NCBI RefSeq assembly: GCF_018350175.1
Contig: NC_058368.1
Span: 18,292,001 to 18,352,000, forward strand
Length of the DNA stretch: 60,000 bases
Direction: 5' to 3'
From: Felis catus
Taxonomy: Eukaryota
Below are positions 1 through 12,753 of the stretch, one piece after another. How positions within the stretch are numbered: the first letter of the stretch is position 1; every line of letters starts with the position of its first letter. The translations under genes were made by a program, and so were the position numbers. Under the pieces are notes generated by a model. That model was not told where the DNA came from. It did no database searches and saw only the letters and a program-made list of their open reading frames with translations.

Positions 1-1783
1 GATCTCTTCAATGCCATAAAACTCTAAGATGACCCTGCGTCTCACACACCCCTTGGAGGACCTGACAGCCTTTTACAAAGATTCCCTGAACGTGAAAATG
101 GATGGAAGAGAGAGCCTCAGAGATTGACCTTTCGGGATTCTCATGCTTCACAAAAGAGCGAAGAAGAAACCTTAGACATTTCAGTCAGAAAAATAAGGCG
201 GGGGTCGAAAGAGATAACTCTGGGAAGAGTGTTTGAATTTTCAGGATCATCATAGACATTGTGTTCAGTAACAATGAAATAATTGTGTAGAATGAGTTCC
301 CACAGGCAAAACTTGGTTTAGGTATCAGATCAGGGGCCAGGACACTAACTCAGACACCACACGGATTTTAAAAATTATACTTACTTCTCAGTGGTTCCCC
401 CAAATATTTTGATCAACTCTACAATTTCAAAGCAACCGTAGATGTGAGTCCTGGATATGGTAGAGTCTCGGGGAATGTTTCAAAAACAACAAGATCATTA
501 TGGAATCAAGACATTTTAGAGATGATCTTCAGGTATCATAAACTTTTGTAATTGGAAAAATAAAGCAGCTCTCGCCAACAGCCCTGATGGTAGGTCAGTA
601 GGGTTCCCATCTTAAGTGCCTACAAAACTCAGGGGAGAGAACCTGGAGAAAATACAAGGAACAGCCCAAGAAATCATGACCACGAGTAGAATTTCATAAT
701 GCTGTAATAGACACAGCAGTTTGGTACTTAAAAGAGTGAACTGAAATAAACCCACAATTTTTTTTTTATCGTAGAAGATAATAATCACAATTAACATTTG
801 TATAGCATTTTGTAAAAAAAAAAAAAAGTCTTTTCCGGTAAATCACGCCATTTATTTCTTCCAACAAATGTCTGGGGTGGGTTAAATTATTAGTTCTGGT
901 TGCAGTAAAGAAAACGAGAGGCTGCGGATACTGTTCCCTTTCTATTGTAGGAATATTGGCAGAAATTAGGCGTCAGAGTGGGTGCTCCACCGAGCCCCAC
1001 CTATTGCTGGGGCAAAAGTTGAATAGAGGGACAGAATGGTCAGCAGCACCAGAAGAATCCCCTTAATTCCCCTCCCCCATGGGCTGTTGGGTCCGGTCTG
1101 TTGGTGGGATCCTTGCAGCGTGGTGGCCCAAGGCCTGGGAGCAAGGGACACCTACCAGTGGGTGATCTAGGGCAGGACTGAGCCACATGGCTTCTTAGGT
1201 GCACCCGACGTTACTTGGGGTTTTCGGGTGAAGATCTAAAGACAGAAGAGAAGTTTGCTTATGCCGCAGGCTGAACCTGATCGTGTGTAAGCCTTAAATG
1301 TTTTTGAACTCTTTGTGGGGGCTTTAAGCATTTTTCAAGCCTTCTGAGAGTGGAATCTTAAACTTACCCTTGAGGCTCACTGTCCTTTTGTTCTAGGAAA
1401 AGACAGCGGAGTAGCCTGCTCAGTGAGGCAAACGTAACCTTGGGGAAATGTCTGAAAGGGGGTAAGCAGATCCGTATTGGTCGGCAGGGACGTGTGGCAT
1501 CTTTTAGCACATCTTTGTCTCTTGCAAAGATGGAAAAGTTTCTAAGTTTAGATTAATGGTACAGATTAACTAATGGGTTGTGTTGACCATGCTTGGTTCT
1601 ACTACTGGAGCTCACCATCTTGTGGCTCCTTCACTGAGTGTTTGTTTGCAGGGGAAACAGAACTGTGACAGAGAGGTGAGCTAAACATTCCTTCTCGGTG
1701 GCAGAGAGCTTGAAAAGGAATCAGGAAGAATTTGGTGACGTTCACTGTGGCCTTGATTGTTCTCTCACAGATCATGTTATTTA

Positions 1784-2238
1784 AAATTATGGGAAGAGCC
1801 TAAATGCCCATCAACTGACGAATGGATAAGGAAATTGTGGTTTATATACACAATGGAATACTACTTGGCAATGAGAAAGAATGAAATATGGCCTTTGTAG
1901 CACCGTGGATGGAACTGGAGAATGCTATGCTAAGTGAAATAAGTCATACAGAGGAAGGCAGATACCATATGTTTTCACTCTTATGTGGATCCTGAGAAAC
2001 TTAACAGAACACCGTGGGGGAGGGGAAGGAAAAAAAAAAAGAGGTTAGAGAGGGAGAGAGCCAAAGCATAAGAGACTCTTAAAAAGTGAGAACAAACTGA
2101 AGGTTGATGGGGGTGGGAGGGAGGGGAAAGTGGGTGATGGGCATTGAGGAGGGCACCCTTTGGGATGAGCACTGGGTGTTGTATGGAAACCAATTGCACA
2201 ATAAATTTCATATTAAAAAATAATAAAATAAAATAAAA
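1784..2238 (+). mobile_element. 5'-truncated felid LINE-1 (L1_Fc-like) 3' end: ORF2 C-terminus, 3'UTR and A-rich tail
   Basis: Translates as KLWEEPKCPSTDEWIRKLWFIYTMEYY..., then after a 1-nt frameshift near 1895 ...WMELENAMLSEISHTEEGRYHMFSLLCGS* (TGA 1993-1995). This is the typical L1 ORF2 end. A G-rich 3'UTR, AATAAA and A-rich tail follow. Confidence 0.93.
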
Positions 2239-2409
2239 GTGAATAGCACAGGCTTTGGTAAATCTCTTGATTTGGAGCTATAGCAGCCCTTTCTTGAGGC
2301 TTTAGGTCTGACCACACCCGTGGAAAGGGCAGGATATTTCCTAAAAAGGAAGGAATATTTATATAGTCAATCATCCTGGAGAAGATGGCCCTAAGAAAGA
2401 AATGAGGAA

Positions 2410-2630
2410 GGGTACCTGGGTGGCTCAGTCGGTCAAGTGTCCAACTTCAGCTCAGGTCATGATCTCGCGGTCTGTGAGTTCGAGCCCCACATCGTGTTCT
2501 GTGCTGACAGCTCAGAGCCTGGAGCCTGCTTCGGCTTCTGTGTCTCCCTCTCTCTCTGCCCCTCCCCCACTCATGCTGTCTCTCTTACTCTCAAAAACGA
2601 ATAAATGTTAAATTTTTTTTTTTTAATTAA
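2410..2630 (+). mobile_element. CanSINE (SINEC_Fc-type)
   Basis: tRNA-like head GGGTACCTGGGTGGCTCAGTCGG, GAGCCTGGAGCCTG insert, (CT)n segment, A/T tail; degenerate TSD AAGAAAGAAAxGAGGAA. Confidence 0.95.
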
Positions 2631-3256
2631 AGAAAGAAAGAAAGAAAGGAGGAAGCCGGCTTTAGATTGGGTCAAGAAACAGCTCTCTCCTTTCTTTACA
2701 CTAATTTTGGCCAACCCTCTGGATTAAAATGCTGGGGCGAGGGGAAGGGATGTTACCGATGCTGTGTGGGAGTGGGCTGGTGCTAAACAGGGAGGTGGTC
2801 GGAAGAATGACCCTGTGGATTGGTATGACTCATATAGTGAATGTCTGTGTTATAATCTACATATTATTATTTGCATTAATAAGAGTCTCTGTGTGGCACT
2901 CTTCTTCCTTTAGCTCCGAATTCTTAGTATAATCTTGTCAGAAGTTATAGTCTCGCTTCTGTTGTGAGTAAGGAATTTCTTAGAAGCGGCCTGTCTCCAG
3001 CTTGGCATCGAGTACGACAGGGAAGGAGAAGGGGGTGGGGACGTGCTGCCATGCCTGGTGGATTGGTGACCACATTTGTGCTCACAGCAGAAGCAGCAGC
3101 CTCGCAGCCAGGAGACAAGCTGGGAGCAGAGGAATGAAGCCTTGGCATCTGTGGCCCGAAGAGACTCCAAAACCAATGGACAGAGAAAGTTTGGCCAATA
3201 ACGTGGTGGGGCCTCAGATGGCCGAATTGGGATAAACTTAGAAATGGGATGGATCA

Positions 3257-3368
3257 GGGGTGCCCGGGTGGCTCAGTAGGTTAAGCATCTGACTCTTGAT
3301 TTGGGCTCAGGTCATGATCTCTCAGGTTCGTGTGTCGGAGCCCCATGTACGGCTCTGTGCTGCTTAGG

Positions 3369-3404
<36 letters not shown>

Positions 3405-3488
3405 TCTCTCGGCCCCTCCCCTACTCACGCTGTCTCTGTTTCTCTCAAAATAAATAAACTTTAAAAAAAATTATTTAGAAAAAAAAAA
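3257..3488 (+). mobile_element. CanSINE (older carnivore subfamily)
   Basis: GGGGTGCCCGGGTGGCTCAG head, GACTCTTGATTTGGGCTCAGG, (CT)n, A tail. Confidence 0.93.
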
Positions 3489-4150
3489 GGAAGAAGGTAT
3501 AGGAAGGAAAGTGAGCCCAATGGTTGATATGTTATTATTCTGCTAAAAAAAATAGGGGGCAAAGATCATGGAAAATTCCTTTTGTTTTAACTACATTTAC
3601 AGGAGAGAGAGATAAAGCACAAGAAAACAATCAGAGCTTAATATTTTCTAGGATGTGTTCCAGCAATTCTGCATCCAGAAAAATTACTTGAGACACTGCA
3701 AAATGTTAAGTCAATTTTTTGAGTGCTTTCACTGTATCGTGCTTACTAAGATTAGAAAGTAAATGAATGCATTCTACAAATGCGGTTCATGACAATTATT
3801 TAAATGTTATGGTGATATCACTAACAGGCAATATTTGTTGTAAAATATGCAGTATTTATTATCATTTTTCTAGGCCTAAGACTAAGTGCATGCAGGCTTT
3901 ATGAACGAAGAAACTTTATTTTGTGACTACTGATTATGCTTTACACCTGGCAGGTTCTCCGGTAAAACGAGGCATATGAGAACATTTGGGTGACACATCT
4001 TCTAGTAGGGGAAAAAATTTCTAGCAGGGGAAAAAACTCTCTGAAGACAGATTCTACCGGTTTAGTTAATAGCCATCTTTTCTTCCCACCACGAGTTGGG
4101 TGACTTGGTACAAGCTGTTAAAGCCAACTCAAGCTCGGTTTGTCCATTCT

Positions 4151-4368
4151 TTTTTTTTTTTTTTTTTCAACATTTATTTATTTTTGGGACAGAGAGAGAC
4201 AGAGCGTGAACAGGGGAGGGGCAGAGAGAGGGAGACACAGAATCTGAAACAGGCTCCAGGCTCTGAGCCATCAGCCCAGAGCCCGACGCGGGGCTCGAAC
4301 TCACGGACCGCGAGATCGTGACCTGGCTGAAGTCGGACGCTTAACCGACTGCACCACCCAGGCACCCC
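4151..4368 (-). mobile_element. Young felid CanSINE
   Basis: Full-length and CpG-rich; 14-bp TSD GGTTTGTCCATTCT at 4137-4150 and 4371-4384. Confidence 0.97.
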
Positions 4369-4400
4369 AAGGTTTGTCCATTCTTAAAATGGCGGTCATT

Positions 4401-4609
4401 GGGGCGCCTGGGTGGCTCGGTCGGTTAAGCGTCCGACTTCAGCCAGGTCACGATCTCGTGGTCCGTGAGTTCGAGCCCCGCGTCGGGCTCTGGGCTGATG
4501 GCTCAGAGCCTGGAGCCTGTTTCAGATTCTGTGTCTCCCTCTCTCTGCCCCTCCCCTGTTCACGCTCTGTCTCTCTCTGTCTCAAAAATAAATGTTAAAA
4601 AAAAAAAAA
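4401..4609 (+). mobile_element. Young felid CanSINE
   Basis: Full-length, CpGs intact, pure poly(A); TSD AAAATGGCGGTCAT at 4386-4399 and 4610-4623. Confidence 0.97.
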
Positions 4610-4625
4610 AAAATGGCGGTCATCA

Positions 4626-4842
4626 GGGGCACCTGGGTGGCACAGTCGGTCAAGCCTGTAACTCGTGATCTCAGCTCAGGTCATGATCTCACGGTTGGTG
4701 GGTTCGAGCCCCTCATGGGGCTCTGCACTGATGGCCTGGAGCCCGCTGAGGATTCTGTCTGTCCTTCTCACTGCCTTTCCCCCCACTTGTGAGCGATCTC
4801 TCTCTCTCTCTCAAAATAAATAAATAAAAACTTTAAAAAAAA
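4626..4842 (+). mobile_element. Older CanSINE
   Basis: Diverged head GGGGCACCTGGGTGGCACAGTCGG, (CT)n, AATAAA-rich tail. Confidence 0.92.
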
Positions 4843-7064
4843 TGTTTTTTAATGGTGGTAAGCTTAGTTGTACCTCACAGCTGTTTTGAGAGCTAAGGGA
4901 TGAGGTTCCGAGCGCGTGACACACAGCAAGTGCTCAGTAAATATCTGCTCTTGTTCCAGTATTATTGTCTGGTCAAAGGCACCGCTGTGGTGAATACGCA
5001 ACATCTTGCCTGTATCTTATGTCACTTACGCTCCGGCCATGATCGTACAACCTGTGCTATAGACTGACTCTCCAAGCACTCAGCTTACGTATGAAAACAC
5101 TTCCTTGCCCTAAAACATTCTAATCACTTGATGACCTTTATCATCATAAATTGCGATTTTTTGCCCCCCCCCCCATACCGGAATTACGTGGATATTTCTG
5201 AAAGTAGCAGAGGCTCCTGTCTTGAGGAGGGTGTTAGGAACTTGCGTACCAGGCCCCTAAGTCTAGGTACATGCTCACAGACACATACCTGCCAGGCATT
5301 TTTAAGGAATTGTCTGTGTTCCACTGGAAAGAGAGAAGTGACTCCCCGTCAGAGCAGGGAACGCATACAGAGAACGGAGAGAAAAAAAGCGGTGTGGATG
5401 CCTGCAGCTCCCTGGAGGGGCCTGAAAGTCTGAAGGTGGGGAGCCGTCCTGGCCTCCCCATCAACCTCCTCCAGGACTTCGGCAGAGCCACACAGGGCGT
5501 GGAACCCAAAGCTTGCCCACACGATAGCATGGTTATCCTGGCATGAGGGCCGGTGCTGTGTGTTGGCTCGCTACTTCAAAAGCACTGGAAAACAAAAACA
5601 GATGTGAGTTTTGACCTACGCTCTGGGAGTTGGGAGAGGCAAGCATGCAGAGAGGGAGAAGTACTCATTTTATTTTCAGCAAAGTAGGTGGTTGGCTGAA
5701 CCGATGCTTTTATAAAGTGAACCAGACCTCACATACTGCGTTCTTTCCTCCCGAGTGTATCGATTTGGCTTGGGGTATCTTGAGAAACCCTTTTTTTCGG
5801 CCCTCCTTATGACTCTCCCCTCCATTTCTCCATCCACCGAATAGAAATCCACTGGTGAGAATAGAAATCTCTTTCTATTTGAAGATTCATAAGGGCCTCG
5901 TGATAACCCCTCTCAAGAGAGCACTCAGAGCCCCATGACAAAATAGCACTTGTAACATCCGATGATTGTCTCTCTCCTCGGCCAGTAACACCAAGGTGTT
6001 TTCCAGCAATGCGTAGAATCAGCCACTCAATTCCATTGGCTTGTCAGACCTGACGGGCACCGACGGCTCAGCCTTTCGGAACCTCTGAGCGTCTAGGTTG
6101 CCAAGGAACAGAAAGCACCGGCTCCCACTGTGAAGGGGGAGCTGCAGAGTGTGAGGGGGAGAGTGGCAGAGAAGGGCAGCAGCCTCGTGGCACCCAGCCA
6201 CCAGCCCGAGAAGCTGGCAGCCTACCTGAGGAACAGAAACAACACGCCTCCAGTTAGTTGTCTATCGTCTTAGACGCCTTTGTCAGGAGCTTTCGGCTGG
6301 GGAAGCCATCAAATCCCCGGAGCAAAGCGATTCAGTCTTTCATTTCGAGAACTGACGAAATAGCTGATCGAGGAAGGAGGCACTTTAGAGCAGATGAAAA
6401 GGAGAACAGGACAAGAAAACAAAGAGCAAGGGGCAGAATTTCCGGTGAGTAGGGACACGTATACTAAAGGAGTTAAGGAAGGAGGGTGCATTCTCTTGTC
6501 AGTATCCTTCAGAGAACTTTTTCCTCCTACCTTTTGGGGCCCTTCTGAGTCTTCCATAGAAATCAACCCAGCCTTCCAATGCAGGTGCTTCTTGGGGCTT
6601 GACCGGGCCCCCTTTCCTTGGCATGTTATACACTCCTTCTGGGTGACCCCAAATGCTTCTGTGGTGTCGTAGCCCCCTGAATGCTGAGGATTCCTCCAAC
6701 TACAGCCCTCCGTCAGACCCTTCTTTTGAGCCGCGTGCGATACACCTACGTGGGCTTTGCTGCCTGATATCCCCTGGAGACATCCCACTCAACGTGACAA
6801 AGACAACTCACCAGTCTCGTACCAGCTGGTTCTCAAAGCCTGCCTCTTCTTTCTCTACGTCGTGTCGTAGCCAGCAGCGCGATGGTTCACCCAGGCCAGA
6901 AACCTGAATGAACCCATTTCCTCCCCTCCTCTCATTACCATGACTTCAGCTCAAACCCCATGCCTGTCTCACCTGGATGGCTCTCTGAAATCCCCATCTC
7001 TGGTCTCATCTCCTTCTAGTCAGTTCTTCACGCTATCAGCATGGTATTACGTACACAAGATTCA

Positions 7065-8180
7065 CCATACTGTGTACTAGGGGTCTGGCTCTTGTCTTGG
7101 GAATTTTGTCTGGAGCCCCACTGCTGAGAACAATAGGTTACTCTGAGGAGCCGTAGAAGTACCAGGCACTCCCTTCCAGAGCTTACTGAGCAGTGGCCAA
7201 GTGAGATTAAGTTCTCTCACTCCCACCAGTGTATCCAGCATCTCTGCTGGATGCCCGAGGACCCGGGGTGAAGGGAAAGGATGCTTTGACTTTTCTCCTT
7301 TCTTCCTCCTAGAGAGAAGAGAAGGCTCTGTCCCTCAAGCCAAGGATGTGGGATATAAGAGAATTTTTCATGGCGAATAGAGGTGACTATGAAGAAGGAC
7401 ACTGGAGCCTCACTCCCCAGCTAGATGTTTACTGAATGCCATTAACTTGGAGTGAGCGACCCGGAGCAGAGCACAATAGAGGACTCTAGGGAGAACTTGA
7501 CTTGCACCCTCTGGGGAGTCTGCCAGCACGTGTGAGATACAGGCACGTGTGAGATGCAAAGGGGAAGAGACAAAATAACGCATAGGCCCGAGCTCCCAGC
7601 AGGAATATGCAAATTTTCATGGGAAAATGCGTGCCACAGAAAGGAAGCTGGGCTATGGCTGTCTTTCTTTAAGGTATCCTGACCTACCAGGAGTGAGGGA
7701 ACGGGGTATACTCTTAAAGGCAGGGGCTGGGGAGATATCGCTAGAGGGGATTTCTAGCACACACAGCCTACGTCAGAGACGTATACAGTACAGACATTTT
7801 ACAGAGTCTTCTCAAGAAACCTGGAAATGCACCCACAAAAGAACCTTTCCCCCTTTCCTTTAATTCTTCTTTTCTTCCAGTCTAGTCCTGGAGGACCCAG
7901 ACACAGGAATGATAGAGTGGATCCCAACTGCAGGCTCCAAGCCCCAGGCCGGGACTGAGCTGAAGGAACAGAAGAAGCTATGGATGAATGTGGGATTGGT
8001 GTTTCGATTTAGTTTCCACTGGACTTTTCATATCTGTAAATGAGTCCATTGTCAAAGACTGTTCTTAGAGCTGAACGTGACTGGAAACCCACAGGATCTT
8101 CCTTGATGTGGTCAAAGGTTGAGAAAGAAAGGATCTGGCAGAACACATCTGAAAGCAGTCCTGGGAGAAAAACAAAATCA
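7065..8180 (+). mobile_element. Ancient LTR remnant (LTR78-like), apparently within an L2 fragment
   Basis: The 3' part (GGACTTTTCATATCTG...GACTGTTCTTAG...GGATCTGGCAGAACACATCTGAAAGCAGT...GGAGAAAAACAAAATC) resembles the LTR78 end as recalled. L2-like sequence lies on both sides (about 6900-7060 and 8180-8260). Confidence 0.4.
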
Positions 8181-8367
8181 TGTCTCATATTCCAAAGTCA
8201 AAAATATCATATCACTCCTCTGTTTAAAATCCCTCAATGTCTTCCAAACATAACTCTTGGCATATAATAAGCATAAATGTTTTCTTAAAAAATGAATGAT
8301 CACATCCATATCCATATTTTTTAAAAAAAGGAAAAAGCAAGCCCACCCCTGATCACATATTCCTAAA

Positions 8368-8397
8368 CTACAACAACAACAACAACAACAACAACAA
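8368..8397 (+). repeat. (CAA)n microsatellite
   Basis: Direct reading. Confidence 0.95.
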
Positions 8398-11300
8398 AAG
8401 ACACAGAGAAGGCGGGCATTTTGCTACCATTACTAAACACATTTTGAGAACATTAAGTAGATCGTGAATTGAACATCTCTCGTTCTTCCTGGCTCCACCT
8501 GGCATGCCCCCAGATACTGTTTATATCTGTATCTATATCTATAGCTAAATCCAGATCCTTATCCACACTGTGTATCATCAATGAAAAGATTAGTTTGTTA
8601 ATGAAAGTTAGTTTATAACTTTCATTACTTCGGAAGCTCATAGAACGTGTCCTATTTAATCGGTAACCGAGAAAGAGAAATGAAGCAATTTGTTAGCTAT
8701 CGGTACTGATATAGTTATCAATATTTTTGAGATGTATCGAGATAGTTCTTGTCACACATGACACCTCATAGAGGACCCCTCCTTTTGTCTCAGTCCATTT
8801 CAACTTTGCTGATGACAATCTCCCAAAATGTGGCTGCAGCCAGTTCCAGCCTCTGGTGGTCTGTCCTCCGGCTGGGGGGGCTAATGGGATGCTCTGTGGC
8901 CATCATAGTGAACCCAATGGCAATCTTGTAGGCCAGCGCCATTAGCTACCTTCAGAAACCCTACCCAAGGTACAGGGAAGCTTGTTAGAAAATCCTAGCT
9001 CCCAAGGCTTGATGAAAGAACTTAATTTGGTAATTGGAAAAAAAAAAAAAGCACCAATTTTTTCTATGTCTTTGCATTCCCAACTTTCCAGCCCTGCAGA
9101 TAATATCTTGGGCGGACACCAAAGAATGTTTTGGAAGTACAAAAGGAGAAATAGTTTTTTTTTTTTTAATTATCCTGACATAGATTTGAGTCATAGAACT
9201 CGATCAGGCTCTGTGCTTGTGTGTCATGATAAAAAGGTGAAAGAGATACGACCCCAGTTTGTAAAATGTACCTTCTGGTGGGGATATACGTAAATGGATA
9301 ATTATAACACGGAATGAAAAACTTAGAAAGAGACTCAACCCCCTAGCTCCTCATTTCGTCCTTACTGTGCCTTTATTTTGTGATGTGCTGAACACTGGCT
9401 GAGCCATGAGGAAAACCCAAAGCTGAGACACCTTGTGTAGGTTCAAGGAGATTTGACTGACAGACGATTTATTAAGAAAGACCAAGAAGACATATCCTGG
9501 GATCTTTCACTTTGGAGAGCAGTTGCCTCACAACATGCAAGGTGAATGGTGAATAGCTCTGAGGAATGGTAAGAGAAGATACTTTTGCTAACGGGAGAGT
9601 TTCAAAAAGACGCTAAAAAATCTGTTGCCATGTGATATTTTGAAAAAACGGGTTACATGTGACTCAGAATCTACACCTCCCGAAATGAACAAGAGTTACA
9701 GTTAATGGCTTTCATAATACAAACGATCTGGAAAGCTGGTGAACGCTGAAACCAAAATATGAGGTGGGAAAGCACATTGTAAAGTACTTTCATAATCTCA
9801 AGCGAGATGATTCCACCCCCCATTAAAGGTGATTGATCAAAACTAATTTCTAATTCCTTATGTAGTATTTACCAAGCATGATGTCACTGCAATCATGATT
9901 CATATAAAAATGGAAATATTTAGCCAAGGAGACAATCTCTGGTGAGTTCGAGATCAGAATCTCACACAAATATGGATATGTTCCCCTGCACATAAGTAAC
10001 TCCTGGGGGGAGGGTCGGTGAGGGGGGGCTGTGGGATTTGTGGAGTCAAGATTGTTCGTGTGAACCAAGTTATTCCCTTTACAGCATTGCCTTTTAAATA
10101 CTCTGCTAGCCCCAAATCATGTTTGACCTTGTGGTTTCTTTTAATAGTCCACCAGCATGTGTATTAATGAGTTCTCTTGGTCCTAAATGTCATTAGCTAA
10201 ATCATGTGCAGCCTAAATGCTTCAGATGACAACATGCATGCAGTTATTTGATAGGAGATTTAAATGAAAGGAAAGCAACTTCCTCAGCCATGCACAGTGG
10301 AAACAGGAGCTTGTCTTAGAAGTTCACTGCCAATAACTTGATAAGGTTCATGATGCTTCATTGGTACTGGGTCTTGATCTTCCCCCAGGATCAATCCTTC
10401 CAGGTATGGTTTTATCATGTGTGGCGAGGCCTGCTAGGGGTAAAAATCAGGAGTTTTTATCAAAGGGGTAAAGACTTCTTCTGAAGCATGTGTATGTTAT
10501 TTCAAATGATCTAAGCATGAATTTAGTGAGGAGTTGACCTAGGTGTTCTGAAATTGATGCCTAAGCCCGTTCTAAATTTTACGTGCTGGGTGTGTTTACC
10601 TCTGGGTTCTGACCACCACTCAATTATTCCAGTAAAATTTGAACTGAAAGGTAAATCCGCTTTAAAAGTTGAAGACTGAAATGTAGGAGTCTGTCGTCAA
10701 AATCTCCCATCACTCCACTTAATAATCTTCATGATTTGTGGTTGCCAAATGGCCCATTGGCAGGAAGACTTGCAAACTGGGATGAGGGATGGGCCTGGAC
10801 CAGGCATATTCAGGCACAGTTGACTGCCTCCTGCCCTTGTTCGGAGGTGGGGGGGGGGGGGAGCTGAGCAGGAAGCAAAATGGGAAAAAAGCCACAGAAG
10901 CGTTGGCAACAGACTTCCCGATGAGCCTGGAGCTGGTAAAACATGGAACTGGGTCGTAGCCAGTTGCACACTCATAGCAGCAAATTTCTCATTAGACCAC
11001 TGAAATCCCTAACTCTTAGGTAAGATCTCATTGGTCAACAGTATTTGGGTCTATGATAAATTGGGGGAGACTAATTTTCTCTTCCTCAGTCCTTCCCTTT
11101 CCAGATCCATCACCACCTCTGTATGTACCAATGCATTACCCCCGAGCCCCAGTCGCTGGCCTTCCTGCTTGCTCACTCATGCACGCACACACCAGAACAC
11201 ATTCAGGAAACCCAACCTGCACCATCTTGACTAATCGCTTCTAGTCTACTTTCTGCAATAATCTTTTTAAAGAAACATTTGATCCATTTCAGAAATGAGA

Positions 11301-12539
11301 CAAGGCCTATTTATATGCATCTGCCGTCTTCTCCTGCCATTAGTCAAGGAAGCTAACCTTGACTGATGCTGTGTTGGCACCAAGAATAGCAAGAACTGTG
11401 TTGAGATGTGGCTGATCCATGAGGAAAACTCCTTACCAGGTTTGGAGGGAGGCTGAGGAAAAGGAAACCAAGTCACATTCTGAGATGTGACTGACTGGGC
11501 TGGGGCCATGAGCCCCAGAGAGCCCCTAGTGCCCCTAGATGTCCCACACTCCTAAACTCTCCATAAAGGCAGGGCCATAGAGACAAAGGAATAGAAACCT
11601 ATGAGCAGTGACCCAAGATGACTGAATCATAAGAATGAACATCAACGGGAGTCTGTTTTCTGCTTCCCTAAATCCAACCAGCCAAGGTTGCCCTTCGGGT
11701 ACATAAGCAGAAAGGCTGATATCAAAAAGCACACTCCCTTTTTGGAAGGCCTCCTTTTTTGGCATTTCTGACTCTGGCACCCACAGTCTTGGAACAAAGA
11801 GATTTCTTTTTTTTTTTTTTTTTTTTAAGAGCTGGCTAAGAATTTTAGAGGAGAATTCGTCTTGAGTTTTGCACGTACAAGGCGTTGGGAGAAGGGCGGG
11901 GTTCAAGTGTGTGGGCATTTCTGCTTTTCCTCCCTGATTTCTTGGAAGACATCACGTAGTCAACGGTTCCAAGGCCTTCTGGAACATCCAGGTGTGGCTG
12001 CTGCAATGAATGGGCTGTCCTGGTGTTGATGTCTGGGCAACCCTCTGTTTATTTCGGCACAAACCGAAGCATGTGACACAATCAGGGCCTTCAGGAGATT
12101 ACCACGCAGGATCATGAGAACTTGAACTCCACACAAGACGGGCCTGCAGAAATTGGGTTGGGGGCTTCAGAGGAGAGGGTGTTATTAGCTGGTTTGTAGA
12201 ATTAAGGATTCTCATTGGACTGTCATAAAGGTCAGGACTTTAACCTCTCTCACGTGGGAGCACCTTTCAAAGCTCAACAGTTTGGATTTTACCTTCATGA
12301 TTTTTGACATCTCAGGGAATCATCTGTAATGGCATTTACTTAATGTTTTTAAATATCAACTCCCTATCATTTACTTAGTAAATCTAAAAATATGCACACT
12401 TTTATAATGTGAAACTATTTCAGAAGAAAGCTTGAAAGCACTCGTTTAAGTGATTTACTTTAAAACTTTTGGTTCATCTCTTGATCAACTTTCCATTGCA
12501 CATTAAGAGGACATGTCTATTAAAATGAACATGTTCCCA

Positions 12540-12753
12540 GGGCGCCTGGGTGGCTCAGTCGGTTAAGCGGCCGACTTCAGCTCAGGTCACAATCAAGTGG
12601 TACGTGAGTTCGAGCCCCGCATCGGGCTCTGTGCTGACAGCTCAGAGCCTGGAGCCTGTTTCGGATTCTGTGTCTCCCTCTCTCTCTCTGACCCTCCCCC
12701 GTTCATGCTCTGTCTCTCTCTGTCTCAAAAATAAATAAACGTTAAAAAAAAAA
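12540..12753 (+). mobile_element. Felid CanSINE
   Basis: Full-length; perfect 19-bp TSD TAAAATGAACATGTTCCCA at 12521-12539 and 12754-12772. Confidence 0.97.

Noticed and set aside
4401..4480. tRNA-like sequences (A/B boxes) at SINE heads
   Set aside because: Each continues into a SINE body, CT tract and A tail with TSDs; they are not tRNA genes.
4001..7558. Short tandem duplications (4001-4040 TCTAGxAGGGGAAAAAA; 7526-7558 GCACGTGTGAGAT)
   Set aside because: Ordinary slippage duplications; the second lies within an old LTR remnant.
9993..10034. G-quadruplex-like G runs (also about 27209-27233 and 49235-49300)
   Set aside because: Common in mammalian DNA and no supporting context.
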